From contig CM119271.1 of NCBI GenBank assembly GCA_051294375.1, positions 2,945,061 through 3,009,060 on the forward strand: a DNA stretch of 64,000 nucleotides, given 5' to 3'. The position numbers were made by a program, and so were the translations under genes. Positions 27,023 to 41,203 of the stretch are shown piece by piece; positions within the stretch are counted from its first letter, which is position 1; each line of letters starts with the position of its first letter. The notes under the pieces were generated by a model that searched no databases, was not told the origin of the DNA, and saw only the letters and a list, made by a program, of their open reading frames with translations. Source of the DNA: Paraspadella gotoi. Lineage: Eukaryota; Animalia; Chaetognatha.

Positions 27023-28145
27023 AAAGAAAGAAAGAAAGTAAGTAAGTAATTTTACAGTTGATTCTCGACACTTACCTTTTTCTGGATTAGTCACGTCTCT
27101 CTGTCTCCAGCTCGCATGCCGATTCGGGTCGATAAACCCAACGTCAGTTTTGAAACGTCGTCTTTGTCGTCGTCGTTATCGTCGTAGTCGTTGTTATCGT
27201 CGTATTATCCGTTCGTCTTCTTTGTCTTAGTTGGTTTGTCCCAATTTCGTCTTTGTTTAGTCGTCACGGTTTGAAACTTGTAGTTTCAAATGATTATTAT
27301 GTCTACCGGTGTCTTTGTCATTGACGTCGTCTCTGTCATCGTTTACGTCAACTGTCACTCCTCGCGCGTCAATGGATCGATGATGACGCAATGGGAAAAA
27401 AAAACGAGAGAGGTTCTCTGCCTCAACTTTGAAACAGGTTGAGTTTTGGGCGAGTTTATTTTCCTGCTATTCGAAGGTCCGGTGTTCTAGGTAGCGCGGA
27501 TACTAGGATATAGAGACTCACAGTATTGAAAAAAATTAAACTTTATCTTTTTTTTTAATATTGCTTTTTTTTAGGTATTTTTAGTATTTTTACCAATCTT
27601 TTTTTTTTCACCGATCGCCTTATCTAAGTTTTACTTTTAGTTAAATAGGACATCGCTCGTAAACTGTAAGCGCTAGAAAGATCAAAAAATAGTTACCTAA
27701 AATACCGAGACAAAATTAAAGGTTATAAGATATAATAGAACAAATGCATTGATTACTTTAATGATATTTTCGCTTTAGAATAATTTGTTTAATGAGAGCT
27801 TTTTTAATGATAGGGGTTTTTACTAAAACCCAGAAATGTCGGGCATTATAAAATTTATTTTAAAAATCTAAAAACTCAAGATTCGATTTACTTTTTTGTG
27901 GTGACTCAAGTACTCGTGGGTCGTCGTTGCTAAGTAAACATTAAACAAGTTTGGATCGAAAGAAAATGAAAATAAAAGGTGTGTTGTTTTTTTACCTTTC
28001 ACAGATAAGTACTGTATTAAGAGGGTAGGTAAGTTTAATATTACCTTTTCTTTTTATTTCCGACAAAAAAAAAGCGAAGTGAGAATAAGCTCAATGTGAC
28101 GGAGACATTTTTCAGACTAATGATGCGAAGAGAAATGGTGTGTGG

Positions 28146-28224
<79 letters not shown>

Positions 28225-29138
28225 AGAAGAGAGAGGAGAGAGAGAGAGAGAAGATGAGAGAGAGAATATAAATGGTGGTTTGTCTCGACCCAACTGTGGC
28301 TGAGCCCAAGAAACTAATTTAAGTCAAAGGGTTTTATCGCAATCGTCACCATTTTTTTTTTTTAGAATTTTCTTTCTTTTCTAAATTTTTAATTTTACTA
28401 TCTTTTTTTTTCAATATTTAACTTTTCCTTCTCATTTTTTGCTTTTTTAAACTTTTTCTTTTCTCTCACTTTCTGTTGATCTTTCTTTTCTCAAATGCTA
28501 TTTTATACTTCATCTTCAGGTCGTCAGGTATTATTTTATATTTTATATTTGCATCATGAAACCAATCATGAAAAATGTTTCGACAAAAAAAAAGGGTAAA
28601 ACAAAAAAATCATATTCCTTTACTTTAATCGTCTTTAATATTTCGTTTTATAAACTTGGATTTGAATTGTTGACGTCTCATGCGAAATTGGAACAAGATT
28701 TAGTCGCCATTTTTACGGTTGGACAGTTTTCCTGAAGAACCGATTCAAGCAAAATCTATTTACAGTAAGTAAGCTTTAAAACGAAAACAACTCGAACCGT
28801 TTTGGGGATAAACGACTCAACAAAACTGTTTTTCGTTTTTCCTAATTTCGACCGAAAAAGGAAAAAACCGTTAGACAAAAAAAAAAGTTAAATCCCACCG
28901 AAAATACGTTAAATCGAAATGAAAAATTCGGGAAAAACGAAAAAGAAAATGAGAAGACGATGTTGACGACAACGAAGACGACGACAACGATGACGACAAC
29001 GACAAAGTTATTTGCAAAGGGAACATATTGACACATAGTAGGTATTATCTAAATAAATTAACCGACAAACATATCCGTTCATTAACTGTGAAAGAGAAAT
29101 AGAGAAAAAACGTTTTTATCTTTCTCTCTTGCTCTTTT

Positions 29139-29171
<33 letters not shown>

Positions 29172-31429
29172 NNNNNNNNNNNNNNNNNNNNNNNNNNNNN
29201 NNNNNNNNNNNNNNNNNNNNNNNNNNNNNNNNNNNNNNNNNNNNNNNNNNNNNNNNNNNNNNNNNNNNNNNNNNNNNNNNNNNNNNNNNNNNNNNNNNNN
29301 NNNNNNNNNNNNNNNNNNNNNNNNNNNNNNNNNNNNNNNNNNNNNNNNNNNNNNNNNNNNNNNNNNNNNNNNNNNNNNNNNNNNNNNNNNNNNNNNNNNN
29401 NNNNNNNNNNNNNNNNNNNNNNNNNNNNNTATTGGCTCGCTTCGATCATGAGATCGACCCGGCACTATCTTTGTTGACAATCAATGATGACCCATCGTTT
29501 TGTGAGCGAAGAAACATCGATCGAGAATATAGGAAATAAAGGAGAGTAACATTCTGTANNNNNNNNNNNNNNNNNNNNNNNNNNNNNNNNNNNNNNNNNN
29601 NNNAAGAAGAGTAGCATTCTGTATGCATGTGCCAAAAGAACCGCGCTTCCAAAACTTAGTTAGAGCACTTCTGATGTACTATCGGAATGCCTTCCGGGTT
29701 ACCTCCCGGAGGCCTTATTTGCAGCTATAGGTCGAAGACCTGGCCTAATGATCCTGAACGGCAACCTTCGTTGTTTTTTAGTTATTTCATAAATTTTGTT
29801 TCTTTTTTATTGGTTTCGCATACAATCGGTGTCTTTTAGACAACGGAAATCTGAACTTCAATAATTACCATATTTCTTGATCTCATTGGTTAGTACGAAG
29901 CTTTCTTCATTTAAAAAAACGGTAGTCTCAAAGTTATCTCCTCTTATCACTTAGAACTTCCCATGTAAATTTCTATGATTAAAAATACGGTAAGACATGA
30001 TTTCTTCAATGCTTGTCAATCTAATCTCATTAACTGCTAATTTTAGAAAAAAGTATGCTTGAATTTTTATGGTACAGATGATTTTTAAAGATCGAATTCC
30101 TTATAAGAATCCTCATGTCTTTTACTGACACAAAAGATTTTAGGTTAAGACGCCACATTATCTGATACAATTTTTTTTCTTTCATACGCTTTTCCTGATA
30201 ATTTTCTTCACCTCTTTCTTCTCTTACTTTATATTTTCCTCTTCCTCTTTCCTCCCTTACTTCTCACGCTGTCACTTACCATTTTTTTGGCCCCTACCTT
30301 TTTCGGTCACTCATGCACTTTCCTCAACCTTTTTTCTCATTTTCATTCTTTCCCTTTTTTCCCCTCTTTTTTCTTTCAATTTCCCCCTCTTTCTTACCTT
30401 ACAATTGTTTTCACTATTTTTTCCCCATTGCCTTCGTTTTTTTGCCTTTCACCCTCTCTTTCATTCTCTCCCCTTCTCTTTTATAGTTTTCCCTTTCGTC
30501 TTCACTCTCCACTACATTTACATTGAGCCAAATCAAAGAAATTCTTTTAATAAGCATTATAAGAAAGAAAAATGAATGGTAGCGCATGATTTTTCTTTCA
30601 ATTTTGGTTGCCTAGCAAATTTAGTAAATCGACAGATTTGCGGAAAATTTTTCCGCAAAAATCTGTCGATTTTTAGAAAAAACAAGTCCTGATGCTTCCA
30701 GTGGATTAAATGGATGCGGTTTTTTTTGATTAATCAAGGTCAGTATGTACCTCATCTTTTAAAACTAATAAATGAGTTGAAAATATTCTCTTTATCAAAA
30801 ATAAATGCAAGTCACAAAAAGTCACAAATTAAAGACGTCTTTAAAAATTATTTGTGGCTAAACAGAAAAGTTTTTTTTGATAATTTTATAGGTGTTAAAA
30901 GCTTATTCAATAGGCTACATTTTCTGTTAATTTAAACCAATTTCATTTATTTTTGTTTAACAAATTATGATAAAGACTGAAACTGCAACTTTTTGACTTG
31001 TTAACTTTAAAATTAATTTATAGGCAAACTATAAATTATTTAAGCTAATAAATTTACCCAGAGGTTAAAGAAGATAAGAAAGAACGGATTTCCAAAGTAA
31101 AAAATTTTTCTCAACTTTCCTTGGCATTCAAATCAGAAGTCGTAAGTAAAAATGCGACAAAAATGGACATAATTTTTTTGGCTAAAAATTGCCAAAATGG
31201 CACTATTTTATCATTATAAATGGGTGGAGATGTTTTTTAACCAATCCTTCGTTCGCCTAATTTGTGTTGTGGTACAAAGTTAATCAACATTGTAAGTAAC
31301 AACTGAACAATAGTGGAAAGAGGCCGTTTTTTTCCTAAATGCAACGTTTGTACGCGGAACCTATTGAATTATTCAACTTTTAGGTTTGTATTTATTTTTC
31401 AATTCATTTTTTCTTTTTTTTTTGTCTCA

Positions 31430-31534
<105 letters not shown>

Positions 31535-32367
31535 ATATATACACTTTATACTTACATACATCTGTTCATCCATATGTTTCCTTTTCGCCAAAGATCCACT
31601 CAAGTTTTGCCCTCGATAACTTCACTTTCCGCCCCCCCCCCACGCCGCTATCCCAACGCCCATTTCCGGTCAGAGGGTCCTCTAATGATCCTCATCTTCC
31701 TCCTCCTCTTCCTTCTCATCCTCCTCCTCCAACGCGGACCAGATTCTAGTTTCAAGGGTTCCAGTCTTTGTGGGTCTGTTGTTGTCGTTATCTTTGTTGT
31801 TGTGTTGTCGATGTTGTTGTTATCTTTGATGTTGTGTTGTCGATGTTGTTGTTGGCCATTTCTTCCAACGCATCTCATGATCCCTCTTTTCTCCCGAGCA
31901 ATCCTCCAATCGCCCACATCAAAACAAAAAAACCCACGTTTAAGTAGTAGGCTCTCTAGTCATTTTAGATTATATATGGCAAAAAAATAAAAATAAAATT
32001 TTGTTTCTTATGCACTGATACACCATAATGAAAATAAGTATTTAGATAAGCATTTTACTATATTGAAAGTGATTACTTAAAGCAAATCTTCGAATTTAAA
32101 ATTTAAACTTTTTCTTGTAATATTCTTAATTTCTCCTCTTTGTCTTTTTTTTCAAATATCCTGAATCTTCCCTTTTAGCGATTTATAATTAAATTGTTTG
32201 ATGCCAAAGCAATAAACGCCCTTTGTCGAGGGATCCAGGGATCCTAAATCGACTCGACCTGTGACCCGGGTTGTCCCCAAGCTGAGGAGAAATCACTAAA
32301 TGCCTTCGTCACTCCTTGACATTGTGTCATATTATCACTACGAAGTTAGTGATAATATGATGGTCTT

Positions 32368-32402
<35 letters not shown>

Positions 32403-33022
32403 CGCCACGGCGTCCCAAAGCCTTTCCTTTCCAACGCCTTTCAGCTTTTTCTCTCTTTCTCGATTATGCGAGGTCGTTTTGCTTCCTCAGTTTCGACCGA
32501 GACGAAGAGAGTCTCTCAGACTTGTTTTGCATCGAATCAGTTTAAATTCAGACTCTGTCACGTTTTTTTCGGATTAATTTTTTTCGTTGCGGCGCTTTCA
32601 CTGAGAGGTGAGGTATCACAAAACGCTTGTTGTGCAGGCGTTTCACGCTTGTGTAGTCACTTGACTGTTTAGTGTTTAGTGTTTACACGTGAGTGTTTAC
32701 ACATGCGGTCATGTGATAACTAATTAAGAGAGGACTAAATGCGAGTTATTTCGTGTTTCACTTGGTTATTATACTGAATACTTTACAGATACGAAGTAGT
32801 CAGCTCATCATCTAGAAATGCGTGCACAAAAAAAAAGTCACAACTTTTGCATCACCGTAAATTCTCCGGTTCTTCTTTCTCGATTCGCCCTTTCCTTCTT
32901 TTCTCTTCAGTTCTTCAAATTCATTCGTCTATTGTATCATTCCTCTCTCTCTTTCTTTTATGCTTTCTTTCTCTCCCCACTCTTTTTTACCCCGCCTNNN
33001 NNNNNNNNNNNNNNNNNNNNNN

Positions 33023-33074
<52 letters not shown>

Positions 33075-33189
33075 CTCTCTCCCTTTCTCTCTTTTCCTTT
33101 CTCTCTCTCCTTCTCTCTTTCTCAAGCTTTCATCTTCTCGTTTCAAAATCTTTAAAGGAAAGAAAGAAAGACAACTGTGTGATTGCGAC

Positions 33190-33740
33190 ATGGCATCACC
33201 ATTCACTGTTCAACAGGAGCCGAGAAAAGGGATTGCAATTCAATCGCGCCAGAGAAGTCAAGTCGACAAGTTCGCGAAACGTTGTCGTTTTGGGTTCGGA
33301 TTAAACATCCTGGTCGGTCGTCGATCGGTCTATTTCTCGTCCGTCGGTCCGTCGGTCCGATAAATAATACTTACATATACATTATACAAACCCAGAAAAG
33401 AGAGAAAGATAATTATAAAATAGTACGCATTACGCAAGACGTATTCAATTCATTCATGATAATAGTGCGGTGAACCCTGGTATTCCAATATATTATGCAA
33501 GGTATTAACTATTTCAACCAATTGAAATAGTTAAGGAAATAACTAGACTTTGTGCAAACTTGATTGAGAGCTAACTTGATTTTTCTAAGAGGGATGGAGG
33601 CACTTCGGCCAATCTAGAGTCAAAAGGCAAGACAGATTGTTTGATAAATAAATACGTATAGATACTAAATTTGGTATTGATTGTCCGATTTTTTAGAAAT
33701 TAAACTAAACTAAAAATGTGTTTTAGAAAAAAGGTCTCTC

Positions 33741-33830
<90 letters not shown>

Positions 33831-33993
33831 TTTCTTCTCAATCCACCCCATCCCAATGTTCCAGCCCTCGAGTTAAGCCCTCAACTCCCCCCCCCCCTCG
33901 CCCCCCCCTTCTCCACCAAAGTTGAGACGCGGGACAAAAGTGAGAGATTTTTTCCGACGACATTGCTCGAATGTTTTCTCGTTGCGGACGTCC

Positions 33994-34076
<83 letters not shown>

Positions 34077-34881
34077 AGAGAGAGGTGCCGAGGAGGCGAG
34101 AGCGAAGCACGACGACTTTTATTTTGCGAGGGCGTCTCAGAAAAGACGACGACGACGACGACGACGACGAACGAAGGTCAAATCCATTTTTGACGTCAAA
34201 GAAGTGACCTCTATCTTTTTTTGCCTTTTTTTAATTTTTTACTCGAGGAGAATATATTTTTCAAGCGAAACTACATGAATACTGACTGTCAAGTTCGTAC
34301 ATTAAATTGATATCTGGGATGGCATCACCATTCACTGTTCAACAGGAGCCGAGAAAAAGGGATTGCAATTCAATCGCGCCAGAGAAGTCAAGTCGACAAG
34401 TCGCCAAACGTTGTCGTTTTGGGTTCGGATTTAAACATCCTGGTCGGTCGGTCGGTCGGTCGCTCGGTCTATTTCTCGGTCCGTCGGTCCGCCAGTCAAA
34501 TAAGTAATACTTACATATACATTATACAAACTCAGAAAAGAGAGAAAGATAATTATAAAATAGTACGCATTACGCAAGACGTATTCAATTCATTCATGAT
34601 AATAGTGCGGTGAACCCTGGTATTCCAATATATTATGCAAGGTATTAACTATTTCAACCAATTGAAATAGTTAAGGAAATAACTAGACTTTGTGCAAACT
34701 TGATTGAGAGCTAACTTGATTTTTCTAAGAGGGATGGAGGCACTTCGGCCAATCTTGAGTCAAAAGGCAAGACAGATTGTTTGATAAATAAATACGTATA
34801 GATACTAAATTTGGTATTGATTGTCCCGATTTTTTAGAAATTAAACTAAACTAAAAATGTGTTTTAGAAAAAAGGTCTCTC

Positions 34882-34971
<90 letters not shown>

Positions 34972-35134
34972 TTTCTTCTCAATCCACCCCATCCCAATGT
35001 TCCAGCCCTCGAGTTAAGCCCTCAACTCCCCCCCCCCCTCGCCCCCCCCTTCTCCACCAAAGTTGAGACGCGGGACAAAAGTGAGAGATTTTTTCCGACG
35101 ACATTGCTCGAATGTTTTCTCGTTGCGGACGTCC

Positions 35135-35218
<84 letters not shown>

Positions 35219-35447
35219 GCCGAGGAGGCGAGAGCGAAGCACGACGACTTTTATTTGCGAGGGCGTCTCAGAAAAGACGACGACGACGACGACGACGACG
35301 ACGAAGGTCAAGATCCATTTTGACGTCAAAGAAGTGACCTCTATCTTTTTTTGCCTTTTTTTAATTTTTTACTCGAGGAGAATATATTTTTCAAGCGAAA
35401 CTACATGAATACTGACCGTCAAGTTCGTACATTAAATTGATATCTGG
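33190..35447 (+). repeat. Near-identical tandem duplication, period ~1.13 kb
   Basis: atggcatcaccattcactgttcaacagg at ~33190 and ~34319; attaaattgatatctgg ends at 34317 and 35447. Even the microsatellite context is shared, and N-gaps flank the pair. Confidence 0.9.
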
Positions 35448-37336
35448 TCATGAAATTTTTTTTCTCTATTTTATCGTAAAATAATTNNNNNNNNNNNNNN
35501 NNNNNNNNNNNNNNNNNNNNNNNNNNNNNNNNNNNNNNNNNNNNNNNNNNNNNNNNNNNNNNNNNNNNNNNNNNNNNNNNNNNNNNNNNNNNNNNNNNNN
35601 NNNNNNNNNNNNNNNNNNNNNNNNNNNNNNNNNNNAAATCGGGTGACAGTGACACGGACAAAAGAACAATAGACTTAATCAAGGAACTTACGAACAGCTG
35701 TCAAGCTTATTCGTTTGAAAACTTACTCAAAAACTAAGTTAAATTTGCAATAACCTTAATACAATTATACAAAAACCTTTTAAAAATATACACAATCCTT
35801 GAAAGAATATAAAAATAAAAAAGATTAGTTGAAAGAATTTAAACAAAACTTCAAAAAAACAAAAAAAACAAAATCATTCCGCCACCAAAATAAAAAGAAA
35901 CATTTTTTTTATTCTAAAAAGAGAGTTGGGCGCGAATCGGCGGCGGACAAACCTTAAAACCCCAAAATATAAATGAAATCAACTTCCTAAATTAAGTTCG
36001 GACGGGAGGGACGACGAAGACGACGACGACGACGACGACGACGAAATCAAAGTCTTCGGCTCTCAACGACGACGACGACGATGGCGTCGGAAGGCGAACA
36101 GAGAATCCCTCTGACGCCAACGAAGTGGGGCAGCGGCGGGGGAAGGCGGCGGCGGCGGCAGGCTGCAACGTCATCGACGACGAAATGGTTAAAGTAGGAT
36201 TGGCTCTGAAAATCTTGGAGAAGGAAATGTCGCGAAAGAATGGGATCGGTAGAGAAGCATCTTATGGTTCATCGATTATTTGTAAAGTGTTAACTATATA
36301 ATTATAAACAAGCATTACGCGATCTATACCGCTTTGACTTGATGATTACACGAACGTATTTCTTCATGGTGAATGGTATGGTAAAAGTATAATCTTTAGA
36401 TTATCTTTAATGATATTGGAAGATATGGCCTATTCAGTATGAACATTAAACGTATCATGGGATATAATCTATAATTTATTTAAAATGGGACCGACCGACT
36501 AAAAAAGTTGCTTCGCGTTGCAAAATGGCAATATAAAAATCATTGCAAAGAACTGACAAAAAAAATGATTACAAATTAAATGGTACTAACAGAAAATTTT
36601 GGTTTCGAAGTAGTAGGAATATGGCACCGCGGCGGGGAGAAATGATTGCAAAGAAAATGGCAATCGAAGACGATGGCAACAAAGCGAAAACAAAGATCGT
36701 AAAATCCTTTAACCCTCGAAGAAAAAAAAAGGGGAAAAAAGGGGATTTTATTTTTAATTCTGTTTTCATTTCTAAATCTCTTCGGAGAGGGGGAGAGAGA
36801 GAGAGAGAGAGATGGAACGGGAGGGAGCGAGAGAGGATAAGGGACAAGAGGGAAAGAGAGGGGGAGGAGTGGAAGAGAAGAGGAGAGAGAGAGGAGGGGG
36901 AGAGAGGAGGAGGAGTGAGGGGAAGTAGGAGGAGAGAGAGGAGNNNNNNNNNNNNNNNNNNNNNNNNNNNNNNNNNNNNNNNNNNNNNNNNNNNNNNNNN
37001 NNNNNNNNNNNNNNNNNNNNNNNNNNNNNNNNNNNNNNNNNNNNNNNNNNNNNNNNNNNNNNNNNNNNNNNNNNNNNNNNNNNNNNNNNNNNNNNNAAAG
37101 AGCAGAGCAGAGAGAGAGAGAGACGAGAGAGAGATGAGAGAGAGGAGCAGAGAGGAGAGACAGATGAGAGAGAGAGAGAGAGAGAGCGTCTCAACGTAAC
37201 CTCTTCCCGTCTTTTCGTTCGGTTCCTCTTGATTTCCCATTTTTGTTGTTGTTTCTTCCTCACTTTTCCGCATCCTTACCTTTCGCTCATTCTTCCTTAC
37301 CTTTTTCTCTTCCTCTTCCTCGCTATCCCTCTTTAT

Positions 37337-37369
<33 letters not shown>

Positions 37370-37699
37370 CTCCTCCTCTTCCTCCTCCTCTTTCTCCTTC
37401 CTCTCTCTTCGGTCAGCGAAATCTTTCTCACTAAAGGTAAAAAAAACAAAATAACAAAAAACAACCAAAAAAAAAAACCAAAGTAAAAAGAAGAAGAAAT
37501 TTTCTCGTTTTTCGTCGGTAACAGTTGGATTCGACTTCAACTTGAAAAATAAAGAAAAAGTGAAATTTATTATAATAAAAAAAAGTTTAAAACCCAAAGA
37601 AATGAGCAATTTGAACGAACAAGCTTTTAATGTGAATTATGATATCGAAACCTGACTATTGGCAAATAAATAATCATAACGCGTCAGATATGGCTACAG

Positions 37700-37950
37700 C
37701 CGGGTTGCCAGTGATGCCCATTGGGATGGGGAATCTTACTGTTGACTTTGGGGGCTTCCGACCCTCAGTGACGCCTCCAGTCACTGGCGCGGTTACCCGA
37801 GGACGTTATCGCTTTGCCAACGCAGAGGGCAGTCGTGAGGACTGTGGAGTGTGGATGGAACACAACGCCTGCGAGGCTGTGTTCCTCCTTAGAGTCAATG
37901 GGATTGGCTGAACGATGGGGGATGTGAGGCGGTGTGAATATACCGCCACA
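37700..37950 (+). mobile_element. Member of a short LTR-like interspersed repeat family
   Basis: 37711-37790 aligns with the reverse complement of 49633-49700. 37892-37950 (gagtcaatgggattggctgaacgatgggggatgtgaggcggtgtgaatataccgccaca) matches the reverse complement of 57519-57578. Ends in ...CCACA. Confidence 0.55.
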
Positions 37951-38592
37951 CAGTTGAATTAATTGCTTCCCAGGCGGCTGGAGATGATGTTTCGTAAATT
38001 AGTTAATATTATCGACGCTTATACCAATCTGATTTCTCCGCATTCATTATAGAAAATTAATTAATCGTAAAAAATTAATAAATGTCATCCGTCTTCTTAC
38101 TTTATTTATATTTTTACTTTTTTTTACTCTCATTTTACAGCTTTTTTTGATTTAACGTAGATGTTCCGACTGTCACGTCGAGAACGTTTTCTTTGAACTT
38201 CGCCAGTTTTGCTTCAGCAACAGAAAGGAGAATAGAAACCGCTTTGCCTTTGGCAACTTTACGTTTTGAAATAATATGACTAAAGCTATTTCGTCTCGTT
38301 TTTACCGAATGGAATTAAACGCAACACGACGTAGCATCGACCGAATTAAAAAACAAAACTAAAAACAAAACAACAACCTTTGCATTTCGAGACAAAGAGG
38401 TTTTTCGACGCAAATCAGTTGGATTTTTAGTTATTGTTAAATAAAAAGAAAAATTTACTCGGAGTCGCCCCAGTGGCCTCTGTCCCACAGTGTCTTCAAT
38501 CAACATTCTCCATCGTCCACTGTCTTCATTGTTCAAGTCGATCGTCCGATTTCTCCAAACTCTCGTCGATCTGTGATTTTTTTTTTTCGAAA

Positions 38593-38951
38593 ATGCGACG
38601 ACTCGTTTCCCAGAAACTTCGGTTTCTTCTGTTTCTCCTCGTTTTTTCTGTGGGTAAGAAATGAGAAATATTATTATTATTTATTTCTTAATAGTAGTTT
38701 GCCTTAGTAGATGGTTTAATTATACTTTGAAATTTACGGAAAAGTGACGAGGTATATCGACGTTGGATGAATGGAAGGATGGATAGATGGATAGATGGAT
38801 GGATGCATGCAGAGATTGTTTAATAGTTGGACGGATAGATGATTAGATAAATAGATGGATGGAGAAATGAAAAAATAGAAACCATCCTGCACCAAATCAT
38901 TAATCACTAAGTCGCAAATTACAGCTCCTCTTGGTTGCGGTGAGTGTTGGA

Positions 38952-38987
<36 letters not shown>

Positions 38988-39587
38988 NNNNNNNNNNNNN
39001 NNNNNNNNNNNNNNNNNNNNNNNNNNNNNNNNNNNNNNNNNNNNNNNNNNNNNNNNNNNNNNNNNNNNNNNNNNNNNNNNNNNNNNNNNNNNNNNNNNNN
39101 NNNNNNNNNNNNNNNNNNNNNNNNNNNNNNNNNNNNNNNNNNNNNNNNNNNNNNNNNNNNNNNNNNNNGAGAGAGAGAGAGAGAGAGAGAGAGAAAGAAA
39201 GAAACAAAAGAGAGGGGGAGAAACATACAAACAAAAAATTTGCTAATGAATTCCAAAATTAAGTTTTGTTCATATTCTGTTCCATCTAACAATGTCGCGT
39301 CTTTCTTGCCCTTTATATTTATAAATACATTCCTACGTTTTCCTTTAATTGTCCTGAGCAGACTTTAAACCCTCAAATTTGTCTACAACTTTCTTTCTTT
39401 TTTTTTCCTTTTTTTTTGCCACAATTTTTGTTGTTTTTCTTTCTTTCTTTTCAGTTTTAAGTCTTTTTGGCTTACAACCCCGCGCTCCCGAAGGAAGGAA
39501 CCTTTTCGCAAATATTCTCTTATTTTCCTTTGTTTTTTTTGTTTTTTTCTCGTCAAATCTTTTGTTTTAAATCTCTCTCTCCCTCTG

Positions 39588-39644
<57 letters not shown>

Positions 39645-41165
39645 AAAACAAAACGAATTCTAGGTAAAAAGCACATATCGTAGTGTTTTAGGCAACCTTT
39701 ATAAAAAAAATACGCAAGGAGAACCTATTCTTTTAAATTGTGGGGAAACCTTACCCGTCCTTACCCTCAGTTTGCGTGGAGGCAGCGAGATAGAACCCGT
39801 CGCGGCGTCAGGGGAGAAGGACAAGTCCGAGGTGAATTCGTCCCAGGATTACAAATTCCGACGACGAACATTTGAGACTTTGGGTTTTAGGTTAGGGTTT
39901 AGGATTAAGTTAGGGATAAGGTTAGTGATGAAGGTTAGGGACTTGGTTTGTGATTAGGGTTCAGGACTTTAGGGTTAAAGGTTAGGGTTAAAGATTAGGG
40001 ATTAAGGATTGGTTAATAAATGTTAATAAATAAATAAATTTTAATTTTAATAAATTTTAATAAATTTTAATAAATTTCTATATTAAGGTTGAAATTTAAA
40101 CGAACATGAATGAGGCACTCTTGAAAAAGAGAACCCAGGTTGCGAAATCACAAAAACTGTAACCGTACAATCCGAATCCTCAATTCCTGGAAGGGAACGA
40201 CTCCTTTCTCTTCCCAAATCCCAAACGCGGCGATGCGTTCTTAGAATTTTACTACGTGTGGTGTTGGCAGATTTGGCAGTCGACAACCAGCGAAGTCTGG
40301 TCGGGAGGAATTGTGTCCAAGAAAGAATTGGAACGAGATGCCGGGATGCTCCTCCCCCTCGTGGTTTGGAGGGGAGGGGGAAGGGTGGGGGAGGGGGGGG
40401 AATGGCGGTGGGCGGGGGGGGTTAAGAGAAAAGGAAGGGAAGGGAGATGATAAATGCTTGGGGTTAAAGAGAAAAGAAGGGGCAAGGGAGATATTTTTAA
40501 AGTGATCGAGAGCTGAGAGAGAACAAATTCGAGTAATAGAGAGTATGACCAAAAAAAAAAGGAAAGAAACTAATCTATAGGACTTATTATAAGATGAGCA
40601 GCAGGTCAAGACGAAGAAAGAAGATATCTCTTGGAAAAACTTACTACAACTGCATAATTAATGAGAGGTGAGAGAGAGATAGTGAGAGAGAGAGAGAAAG
40701 AGAAAGAAGAGAGAGAGACGACGAGAGATGAGAGAGAGAGAGAGAACAGAAAGAGGAAGAGAGAGGAGATGATGGAGAGAGAGAGGAGAGAGAGGGAAAA
40801 AAACACACGACGTTTGGAATTTTGTGGTGGATTTTGGCCACATGAGTAACTTTTTTAAAAACTATATAAGAAAATTGGTATGTTCCGTTAAACGGGACTG
40901 CAGAGGGGAATTTCGTTGAGTGAGAGAGAGATATGAGAGAGAATGAGACGATGGGAGATGGAGAGAACGAGGAGAGAGAGGGAGGAGCAGGAGATAGAGG
41001 ACGAGAGAGAGAGATTTTCGTTCTTTTCCGTTGGCTTTTTTTAGTTCTGTTTTAAGTCTTTTCTTTTTCTTTCACATTTTTTTCAACCTCACTTTGAGGA
41101 ATTGAAGAAGAAAGGATGTGTACCTGCTTTGAGTTCCAACAGAGATTAGTTTCGCGAATGAAATT

Positions 41166-41203
<38 letters not shown>

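Noticed and set aside
28004-28530. Possible microexons (AG-short-GT at ~28004-28024 and 28520-28527)
   Set aside because: Splice-like words alone are not enough without a host gene model or transcript data.
31648-31917. Minus-strand ORF as a terminal exon (and a GC-rich patch at 35996-36190)
   Set aside because: Low complexity with no partner exons I could join convincingly; left uncalled.
33190-35447. 1.13 kb tandem duplicate as a biological duplication or LTR pair
   Set aside because: Near identity, no TG...CA ends or internal domain, and flanking gaps point to a redundant contig overlap.
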